Assembly (NCBI GenBank): GCA_963711485.1
Contig: CAVQEM010000084.1
Location: 50,180-114,179 of the forward strand
Reading direction: 5' to 3'
From: an uncultured Actinomycetes bacterium
GTDB lineage: Bacteria; Actinomycetota; Actinomycetes; Streptosporangiales; Streptosporangiaceae
DNA: 64,000 bases
Positions 48,638-57,023 of this stretch are shown here, one piece after another. The position numbers and the translations under genes were made by a program. Position 1 is the stretch's first letter; the number at the start of each line of letters is the position of its first letter. Under the pieces are notes generated by a model. That model did no database searches and was not told the origin of the DNA. It saw only the letters and a list, made by a program, of their open reading frames with translations.

Positions 48638-49853
48638 GCGCGGGGGGCCGGGGGGAGCGCGGGAGTGCCGCGGTGACCCCCGGGCCACCGGCAGCCAGTC
48701 CCGGGGCTGACGCAGGCCGTTTCCGGGCCGGCCCCCACCTGGCGGACCTGGCGCGCGTGGACCTGGTCCTCGCCCCCACCCCGCTGCACCCCGCACCCCG
48801 GCTGTCACGTGAGCTTGGGGTTTCGTTGCGGCTGAAAAGGGACGACCTGGCCGGCGCCGGACTGGGCGGCAACAAGCTGCGCGGCCTGGAATTTATCATC
48901 GCCGACGCGCTCGCCCAGGGCTGCGACAGCCTGGTGACCGGGCCGGCCCGCAGTCGAACTGGACGATGCTGGCCGCCCTGGCCTGCCTCCGGTATGGGCT
49001 TGAGCCGCACGTCGTGTGCTACGGCACCGGAGCCGCGCACGAGGCCGGCCGGGCCGAGGGCAACATGCGGCTGCACCGCTGGCTCGGGGTGGATGTGCGG
49101 TTCACCGGTGTGGCGGAGCGGTCGTCGGTGGACGCGGGCATCGCCGCGGTCACCGCGGAGCTGCGCGCCGCGGGCCGGCGGCCGTATCCGGTGCCCCGCG
49201 GCGGCGCGACTCCGCTGGGCGCGCTCGGCTACGTCCGGGCCAGTGTGGAGCTGGCGGCCCAGCTGGCCGTCCTGGATGAGCCGCCGGCCGGGCTGTGGCT
49301 GGCCACCGGGTCCTGCGGGACCCAGGCCGGGCTGGTCGCCGGCGCGGCCCTCACCCGGGCGCCCTACCAGGTCGTGGGCGTGACCGTGAGCCGCACGGCC
49401 CAGGAGTGCGCCGACCGGGTCCGGGAGCTGGCCGGCGCGGCGGCGGCGCTAGGCGGTATCGACGCGGACCTTCCCGGGCCGGACGTGCGGGACGGCTGGA
49501 TCGGGCCGGGCTACGGCGTCCCGTCGGCGGCCGGCATGGCCGCCGCGCGGCTCGTCGCGGCGACCGAGGGCGTGTTCCTGGACCCGGTGTTCGGGGCCAA
49601 GGCCATGGCCGCCCTGATCGCCGGCTGCCGCGAGGGCCTGGTGCACGGTCCGCAGGTATTCCTGGTCAGCGGGGGCGCACCCACGCTGTTCGCCGGAACC
49701 GCGCTGGCCGGGCCGGCGCCAGAGGGGCCCATGCCTGACGGACCGGCGCTCCCCGGCCCGGCGCTCCCCGGGCCGCCTCCCGGCCCGGCACTCCCCGGCC
49801 CGGCACTCCCCGGGCCTGCCGGACCGGACGGATCCGGAAGTGAGGCGCGATGA
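48634..49853 (+). CDS. PLP-dependent D-cysteine desulfhydrase / ACC deaminase-like enzyme (XcbE-type candidate), frame break near 48940-48950
   Basis: TPLHPAPRLSRELGVSLRLKRDDLAGAGLGGNKLRGLEF (PLP Lys) in one frame, then QSNWTMLAALACLRYGLEP... in the frame of 48966. GTGA overlap upstream and ATGA overlap downstream. Confidence 0.7.
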
Positions 49854-51362
49854 ACGCAGTCCGTCCACCCGAGGGCTACCTCGGTACCGCGGCCCGCATC
49901 ACCAGCGGGCCCGCCCCCGAGCTGGTCGAGGCTGGTTACGCGCTGGAGATCGGCGACGCGCCGCTGCTGCACCGGGGCCTGACCCTGGCCGACCTGGCGC
50001 ACCTCGTCGAGCTGGTCGAGTGCGGCGCGATCACCCGCCAGGAGGCGGCGCCAGTGGTCGCGGTGCTGCTCAAGCTGCTCGACTCACCGGCCGGCGATTT
50101 CCCCTATGACCCGGTGTACGGCGACGCCTACAACAGCCGGGAACGGGAACTGGAGCGCGAACTCGGCCCGGCGGCCGGCCGCCTTCACCTGGGCCGGACT
50201 CGCCGCGAGGCAGGCCGCATCGCGTTCCGCCTCGCCCTGCGGGACCGGCTGCTCAGCCTGCACACCGACGTGTCCACCTTCGCCCGTGCGGTCGCGGACC
50301 AGGCCACCCGGCAGTCCGGCACGCTCTGGGCCGACACGACTTACCTGCAACCCGCCCAGCCGTCCACGTTCGGCCACTACCTGGGCGGCTTCGCTGAGCA
50401 GTCCGTGCGCCACCTGGACCGGATCGAGGCCGCCTACGGGCTCGCGGACGTCTCCCCTGCCGGGGCCGGTGGGGTGGGCGGGACACGTCTGCCGCTGGAC
50501 CGGGGCCGGCTGGCCCGCGGGCTCGGTTTCGGCGCGGTAGGCCCGCATACCCGGGACGCGATGTGGTCGGCCGATGCCCTGGCCGACGCGGTCCTCGCGG
50601 CCGCGCAGGCCGTGGCGACCATCAGCCAGCTGGCCTCGGACCTGGAGATCTTCGCCAGCCCCGCGTTCGGCTACGTGACGCTGGACGCCTCGCTGTGCCG
50701 GGCCAGCGTGCTCATGCCGCAAAAACGCAACCCCTACGCGCTGCCGGTCCTGCGCGGCGGCGCGGGCACGCTGGTCGGCCGGCTGCACCGGGCTGCTGGC
50801 GACCGGCCTTACCCCATCCGCCCGCACCGACAACTGGCTGTACGCCTACGGCGAGGTGGCCGGGGCCCTCGACCTCGCCGGCCGTCTCGTCCGGCTGGGA
50901 TCGGCGGTGGTGAGCGGCCTGACCGTGAACGCCGGCGTCCTGGCCGAGCAGGCGGTCAGCCATTTCACCGCGGCCGCCGACCTTGCGGAGGAGCTGACCC
51001 AGCGTTACGGGCTCGACTACCGCACGGCCTACCGGGTCGTCGGCCGGGCCGTCGCCGCCACCCTGGCCGGCGGCGGGGGGAAACTGACCGTGGATGTCGT
51101 ACGCGCCGCCACCGTGGAGATCACCGGAGCCGAGCTGCCCATCACCGCGGACCTGCTCAGCGCCGTGTCGGACCCGGCCACGGTCGTGGCGGCCCGTGAC
51201 GCCCCCGGTGGCGCGAGCCCCCGCCGGGTCCGGGAGCACGCCCGGCGGGTCCGGCGCCGCGTGGTAGCGGCCCGGCAGTGGAATGCCGCCCGCCGGGGCC
51301 GCCAGGCCGAGGCGGAAGCCGCCCTGATCAGCGCCGCCCAGGCCGTCACGTCCGGCGCCTGA
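49850..51362 (+). CDS. aspartase/fumarase-superfamily lyase, argininosuccinate-lyase-like (XcbC/XcbD-type candidate), frame break near 50785
   Basis: TYLQPAQPSTFGHYL and SVLMPQKRNP in the frame of 49850. The C-terminal domain (TGLLATGLTPSARTDNWLYAYGEVAGALDLA...) is in the frame of 50856. Confidence 0.7.
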
Positions 51363-51392
51363 GCCCCCGTGCGCCTCCGCGCCTGCGGAGCC

Positions 51393-52001
51393 TTACTCGC
51401 GGGTCCAGCGCGGCCGGCGGAACATGCGCCCGATGCGGTCGTGCAGCGCCGGGCCCGTCTCGCCCAGCATGTTCACGTGATAGACGGGCGTGCCGTCCGG
51501 CGGGGGCAGCAGTGCGACCTCCGAGTGGTCCAGGTCGCAGCGGATATAGCCAGCGGTAATGGCGGCGATCTTGTCGGCGTCCACGAAACGCAGCCCGCCG
51601 GAGATCGACCCGCGTTCCAGACCCCGGGCCGCGGCCCGATGACCCTTCGCGAGTTCCTTCTGGATCTCGCGGTCGGTGAAGGCTCCCCCGCCGACCCAGA
51701 CCACGATCCCGTCGAACAGGTCCAGTTGCGGGACTTCGAGGACGTGTTCCAGAATGCCGAACTGCTCCTTGTCCCGGGTGAGCACCGGGATGCCCGGCGT
51801 CACCGCCTCGTAGGAGACCAGAAATTCATCTTCCACGCCGACCTCCCGGATATCGGACCCGCCACGGTGCGGGATGCGACGCCACGCCGAGCGCCGCATC
51901 GCCAATATAGGCCGCCGGCGCCGGGGATCCGGCCCCGACCGATCCCGGGCGATCGCAGGCAGCACTCCCCCCGCAGCCACCACCTCCACCCGCCCCACCA
52001 C
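51393..52001 (-). CDS. hypothetical protein (start more likely M at 51899)
   Basis: ORF only; no domain recognised. The first 35 codons run into the C-rich tract. Confidence 0.35.
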   Translation of the reverse strand: MVGRVEVVAAGGVLPAIARDRSGPDPRRRRPILAMRRSAWRRIPHRGGSDIREVGVEDEFLVSYEAVTPGIPVLTRDKEQFGILEHVLEVPQLDLFDGIVVWVGGGAFTDREIQKELAKGHRAAARGLERGSISGGLRFVDADKIAAITAGYIRCDLDHSEVALLPPPDGTPVYHVNMLGETGPALHDRIGRMFRRPRWTRE

Positions 52002-52092
52002 CCCTTCTCATCCCACCAGCCCGCCATCACCCCACCACCTCTTCCCCACCCCACCAGCTCCTCCCCGCCCCACCACTCCTCCCGCCTCACCG
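51965..52092. other. ~130-nt strongly strand-asymmetric tract (C-rich top strand, G-run-rich bottom strand)
   Basis: ccaccacctccacccgccccaccacccc...ccccaccccaccagctcctccccgccccaccac contains almost no G. The bottom strand has multiple GGGG runs. Confidence 0.7.
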
Positions 52093-52170
52093 GGATCCGC
52101 GGTGAACGCCCGAGCCCCGGTCAGCCGCCGCACCGCCCCTGGTCCCATGAGTCACACGGGCCCCTCCCGC

Positions 52171-52245
52171 CCACGTTTCCCGCGAAACGTTCGCGCAAAC
52201 CGGGACAAATCACCCGCCATGACGCACGTTTCGCGGGAAACGTGG
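52171..52245. repeat. 20-bp perfect inverted repeat separated by 35 nt
   Basis: ccacgtttcccgcgaaacgt (52171-52190) pairs with acgtttcgcgggaaacgtgg (52226-52245). Confidence 0.8.
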
Positions 52246-52422
52246 TACGGGCCCGTCCGCCCCCATCACGGACAAGAGCCAGGTGTAAACGGAGGCTTCA
52301 TTCAGGCGCTCCGAACCTGCGGCGCAGACCCCCGACGCGCACCCGCCGCTTGAGCCCGCGGCGCGCACCCGCCACGCGCACCCGCGGCGCGAAACTCTGC
52401 CCCGGGCACGGCAGGCCCCTGC

Positions 52423-54043
52423 TCAGGAGTGGATCAGCACCAGGCCGGGGCGGGCGTCAGGGGTATCGGGGCCGTGGCCGGCCGGTTCCCAGCCCTCGCT
52501 CTGGTACAGGGCCATCGCAGCCGTCGGCTCGTCCCGGGTGATCAGCCACGCGCCGGATTTCGTTGCGGAAAGAAGGGTGCTGAGCAGCTCCCGGCCCAGT
52601 CCTGCCCTGCGGTACCACGGGTGGACGGCGAGCAGGTAGACGGCGAACCGGCCGTCCAGGCGGTCCGCCGCGCCGCCCAGCCGGTCCTTCAGCTGGACCG
52701 CCCAGTCATCGGTTTGCTCGGCCCACCGCCAGCCGTGCCCGTAGGCGAAGCCGATGAGCTGGCCGCCGCCGGCCCGGGCCGCGGCCGCCTCCAGATCGGG
52801 CCGCCGCAGCAGGGCCGCATACAACCGGGCATACCCGGCGGCGATCGCCCTGGACTCGCGCAGCGGGCTGCTGCAGGTCGCCACGTAGTACAGCGACTCC
52901 ACCTCGGCCGCGTTGGGGACCTGCCCCGGGCCGCAGCGGAACACGCGGGTCTGCTGGTCAGCCATCGCCAGCCGGGCCCGCGGGCAGTCGGGCAGGTCAG
53001 GCAGGTCAGGCAGGTCAGGCACGTCGGGCACGTCAGGCAGGCCGGGCAGATCGGCCACCTCGAGCTCCCAGGACGGCCAGTGGCCGAGCACCTCGAAGCC
53101 GAGCTGGTCGTTGATGGCGATCATGTGGTCGTTCCCCGCCGCGTTCCGGGTGATGATCTGCGTCAGCTGCGGCTCCCACCCGGCCAGCAGGTCCAGCATG
53201 GCCAGCTTCAGCAGCAGCCCGAGCCGGTGCCCGCGGTGCGGCCTGGCCACCGCGGTCAGCTCCTGGAATCCCCACTCCGGCGTGGCCGGATCGACGGTCA
53301 GCTGGGTCAGCGCGGCCAGGTGCGCCAGTGGCCTGCGCGCGCGCGGCGACCACGTGGGCCCGCAGCCCCATCGCCGCGACCCGGCGCTCGTCCAGCCGGA
53401 CCCGCTCCACGTCCCAGGACTGCACTTCCTGCCCGGCTTCCTGCGGCGCGTCGGCCATGGCCGCGTTGAGGGCGGCGACCTCCGCGACCGCGTCCTCGGG
53501 CGCGGGACCGTGCCAGCACAGCACCGTGTATCCGCGGGCTGCGGCCTCCGCCTCGGCCCGCAGCGCGTCCCGCCGTCCCGCGGGGGCGCGGTCCAGGGCG
53601 AGTACCCGCGAGACCGAGGTCACGGCCGGCCGCGCCGGGAGCGCGCCCGCGAACGCCGCGCCGGGCGAGCCCTCCAGCGCGTCGATCTCCAGCCTGGTCC
53701 GGCCCGCCGCGCGGGCCCGCGTGGCGGCGTGCCGGAGCAGCGCGGTGCCCCGGCCCGACCGGCGCCGGGCGGCGTGCACGACGAGGCTGAGCGAGGCCAG
53801 CTGGCGGTTCTCGCGTTGCGGCAGGCTGAGCGCGTACCAGCCGCAGGGCTCGCCCGAGTCGTCCCGGGCCAGCCAGGTTTCCAGTGGGTCCTCGGTCCAG
53901 CCCAGGGCCAGCCAGCCCGCGAACGCGCGCGGCGACATGGGCGGCCCGAGCGGGTCATCAGCGGGCAGGCCGCTGAGGTAGATCTCATGGCAGGCGCGTA
54001 CTGCGGTGCTGTCCGTCCCTGGATCGAACCGTCCGACCTTCAC
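52423..54043 (-). CDS. GNAT-family N-acetyltransferase locus: a two-GNAT protein read through into a third GNAT domain; frame break at the (GC)n run 53333-53346
   Basis: GNAT blocks RRRSGRGTALL, HRGHRLGLLLK and YRRAGLGRELL. No stop codon between the second and third domains. Confidence 0.6.
52982..53053. repeat. 8 x 9-nt tandem repeat (ggcaggtca) encoding D-[LV]-P tripeptides
   Basis: Read directly. Forms the linker between GNAT domains. Confidence 0.85.
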
Positions 54044-54379
54044 GCCCCCAGCTAACTCAGCCGGGGCGGGGTAGCGCCAGCGGTTTTCGCCGCGGCCGGG
54101 CCCGCCTCGGCAGGCCTCGCCGCACCGCCGCGGCCGAAGGCCGCGGCACTGGGCGGGCCGGGCCCGCCGCGGCCGGTACTGGCGGACCCCGGCGGGCGCA
54201 CGTCCTTCGCGCCCCCGGCTGGCGGTTCGCGCCCGAAGGGGGGAACCAGGGATTCCACTTCTGCGAAGATACCGGGAGGATACGGCAGAGATGACCTTTC
54301 CGGCATAGCGTAGATAAAGGAAGCTATCCCGTCGTCGCCGAATGCCGTTGCCTATTCAACACGCACAGCGAAACGCCTA

Positions 54380-54901
54380 TTGTTTCGCTACAGTTATGCC
54401 GTGAATTCCAGTCGATCAGGAGTAATTCCTCCCGATATCTACGTGGCCTCCCTGGCCAGAAAGTGGATGGCCGCGGGCGCCCTGTTCCGTGACCAGGCTG
54501 GCCAGGTCCTGCTGGTTGACCCGGTCTACAGGGATACCTGGGATGTGCCCGGCGGCGTGGTCGAGGCGGAGGAATCGCCGCACGCGGCCTGCCGCCGCGA
54601 GGTAGCCGAGGAAATCGGGCTCGACCGCCCGGTCGGCCGGGCGCTCGCGGTGGACTGGGTGCCTTCCCAGCCTGATTACCCGGAGGGCCTGGTCGTGATC
54701 TACGACGGCGGCGTGCTCAGCGCCAGGGACATTGCCGCCATCACGGTCCCCGCCGACGAACTAGACGGCTTCGCGTTTGTCCGGCCCGGGCAAATAGCAA
54801 CCCGGGTAAGACCGATCGTGGCGCGCAGGCTCCGGGCCTGCCTGAACGCCCTGGCCACAGGGGCCGTCGCCGCGCTCGACAACGGCCGCCCGATCAGCTG
54901 A
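54380..54901 (+). CDS. NUDIX hydrolase
   Basis: Nudix box GGVVEAEESPHAACRREVAEEIGL. Confidence 0.75.
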   Translation: MFRYSYAVNSSRSGVIPPDIYVASLARKWMAAGALFRDQAGQVLLVDPVYRDTWDVPGGVVEAEESPHAACRREVAEEIGLDRPVGRALAVDWVPSQPDYPEGLVVIYDGGVLSARDIAAITVPADELDGFAFVRPGQIATRVRPIVARRLRACLNALATGAVAALDNGRPIS

Positions 54902-55848
54902 CCCAGGCGGCGGCGGACCTGCCGCGAGGGTGCACAGCAGCTCCTCCGGAAATGCGGCCCGAGCCGGCCAAGGTGCCCGCACGCGGGGCGGCGGCGCACC
55001 GCGGGCCGTCCACCGGTTCCTGATCACGCCACCTCCGGGGCGGGCAAGCGCTGCCGGTCCATGGGCAGATGGCCGGGTCGTAGTCGCGGTCCGCGAGCCC
55101 GCGGAGGAACGCCGCGTTCGCGCCGAAGTCCTCGTTGATCCAGCGGGCGGCCACGAGCACCGAGACCCGGGCCGCCCCGGCCGCCCGTAAGGCCAGGACC
55201 GCGGACTGGGCGTGCCCGCCGCGGGCCCAGGTGTCGTCCACGAGCAGCACGTGCGCGCCCGGGGGCAGCGGCGCCACCGCCCGGAAGTGCCCGGGATCGA
55301 GGTCCCGCGGATAGTCCACCTCGTCGGCGGCCGCCAGGACGGCCTCGCGCCCGGGCGCGATACGGCTGACGATCGAGTGCAGCGGATGCTCTCCCTCCCG
55401 GGGCGGCAGCGAGGGCACCGTGGCCCAGTGCGTCACCGGCGCGCGGCCCGCCCCGCGCACCCGGCGTGCCCGCGCACCCGGCGTGCGCCCGCACCGGCGT
55501 GCCCGCGCACCCGGCGTGCGCCGCGCATCCGGCGTGCCGGGCCAGCCCCAGCAGCACGAGTAACGTGACAATCGTCCGGTGCTCCGGGACCGGCGGCCGG
55601 GCCTTGTATCCCTGCATCACATAGCCCGACTGCCGCCCGGCCGCCGCATAGGTGAGGAACCCGGTGGCGTCCGCGAGACCCGTCCGGCCGCGCCGCCGCT
55701 GGCACTGATAACACAGCCGGAAGCCAGTCACCGGGGTCGCGCACACCGCGCAGGTCACAAGCTCCTGGCGGACCGTATTGCGCAGGTACCCGCCGGCCCG
55801 GGCCACCAGGGCCGCGCTCAGCCGGGCCACCACCTCCGGGTCGGCCAC
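54894..55848 (-). pseudogene. ComF-like phosphoribosyltransferase-fold protein, disrupted by a tandem repeat
   Basis: N-terminal Cys pairs CAVCATP..CYQC in the frame of 55848. The PRTase core HVLLVDDTWARGGH is in the frame of 55571. The frames switch across 55454-55538. Confidence 0.6.
55454..55538. repeat. five imperfect ~17-nt units (cgcgcacccggcgtgcc), equivalent to ~2.5 x 35 nt
   Basis: Read directly from the sequence. Confidence 0.8.
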
Positions 55849-55849
55849 G

Positions 55850-56857
55850 TTAGGAAGGTGCCAGCCGGCGCAGCGTGGCCCCCAGCGCCGCCGGCTCGGC
55901 GATCAGGTGCTCGACGATGTCCGGTACCGCCTGCAGATGGCCGGCCACGTACACCCCGGGCCGCCCCACCAGCGCGCGGGCCCAGTCGTTGCGCTCCACC
56001 ACCAGCGAGGTGAGGATCACCGGCCGCCCGTGCTCCACCGCGATCCGCGCCTGGGCCCGCGACCCGCTCTGCTCCCCCGCCTCGATCACGACGGTGGCCA
56101 GCCCGTACCCGGACATCGTGGCGTTGCGCATCAGGAAGTTGTGCCGCTGCGGCGGCGCGTCCGGCCAGAACTGGGAGAGCACGAGGCCGCGCGTGGCGAT
56201 CTGCTCCTGCAGGCCCCGGTTCTCGGCCGGATAGGCACGGTCAATTCCAGTTCCGATAACGCCAACCGTCCGGCCGCCCGCCGCCAGCGCGGCCCGGTGG
56301 GCCGCGGTGTCGATGCCCAGGGCGAGACCGCCCAGGACCGTCACGCCGCGGGCGACAAGTTCCCCGGCCACCCTGGCCGCGATGTCGAGCCCGCGGGAGG
56401 ACGCCTTCCGGGACCCGACCACCGACACGGCCACGTCGCCCCGGACCAGCGTGCCGCGGGCGAACAGAACGGGGGGCGCCTGGTGGATCCCGCGCAGCCG
56501 GGGCGGGTAGTCGTCATCGAGGATGCTCAGCAGCCGCCACCCCCGGTCCGCCCAGCCGCCGATCTGCTCGGCCGCCGCGTCCAGCGGATCAGCCTCGCCC
56601 GGCGGCCTCACCAGCACCGGCGGCACCAGGCGCTGCCACACCGCCGCCGCGCTGCCGGCCTCCAGCACCGCGGCCGTGACCTCGGCCCAGCCCCGCCGCC
56701 CAGGGCGCTCCCGGAGCAGCGCCACCAGAGCCGCCCGCTCCCCGGGCGCGCCATCCTCAACCCGGCGGCTGACCATCGGCCCAGCGTACGAGGAACGCAG
56801 CCCCGCCGGCCGCTCATGCGGGCGGACACCGGCCATAACCCGGAAACCTCCGCACAT
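55850..56857 (-). CDS. dprA: DprA/Smf-family (SLOG Rossmann) DNA-processing protein
   Basis: GLALGIDTAAHRAAL, VIGTGIDRAYPAEN and FLMRNATMSG. Ends 1 nt before the ComF-like start. Confidence 0.75.
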   Translation of the reverse strand: MCGGFRVMAGVRPHERPAGLRSSYAGPMVSRRVEDGAPGERAALVALLRERPGRRGWAEVTAAVLEAGSAAAVWQRLVPPVLVRPPGEADPLDAAAEQIGGWADRGWRLLSILDDDYPPRLRGIHQAPPVLFARGTLVRGDVAVSVVGSRKASSRGLDIAARVAGELVARGVTVLGGLALGIDTAAHRAALAAGGRTVGVIGTGIDRAYPAENRGLQEQIATRGLVLSQFWPDAPPQRHNFLMRNATMSGYGLATVVIEAGEQSGSRAQARIAVEHGRPVILTSLVVERNDWARALVGRPGVYVAGHLQAVPDIVEHLIAEPAALGATLRRLAPS

Positions 56858-57023
56858 TCATGCCGTCCCTGCCCTGCTGGCGCGCTGGCCAGGAGAGAAG
56901 CCACGAAAGGGTTTTAGCTTGAAGAAAAGGTCGATACGTGGCAAACTGTAACTGAGCGTGGCCCGTGGGTAGCCGCTTGTGGCTAGACCATGCTGACCTG
57001 CTGCCCTGCCGAACGGAACCGCG

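Noticed and set aside
1052-48808. Large antisense or shadow ORFs (for example 1052..2350, 4686..5954, 6510..8573, 8871..10418, 12674..13972, 15169..16845, 19235..21622, 26571..28202, 31135..33480, 33607..34953, 47375..48808)
   Set aside because: Their translations are dominated by Arg/Gly/Pro/Ala with no recognisable motifs, and each lies opposite a gene with clear family signatures.
12399-50486. The 9-mer GGCGGGACA / TGTCCCGCC (four hits, including one inside the ASL-like gene near 50476) as a significant regulator motif
   Set aside because: For this base composition about two hits are expected by chance in 64 kb on both strands. It is kept only as a low-interest note tied to promoter positions.
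17598-52568. The TTTCGTTGCGG word as leftover sequencing adaptor or barcode
   Set aside because: It does not match the nanopore or SMRT adaptor sequences I can recall. In two cases it is embedded in frame in coding sequence that translates sensibly. I cannot fully exclude it without the reads.
5850-53053. Tandem repeat arrays as possible CRISPR arrays
   Set aside because: The units are 9-35 nt and directly abutting, with no unique spacers. There are no cas genes and most arrays are inside ORFs.
54052-54306. 84-aa minus-strand ORF upstream of the GNAT locus
   Set aside because: Low-complexity Pro/Gly/Ala translation with no RBS-like sequence. It is more likely the 5' leader.
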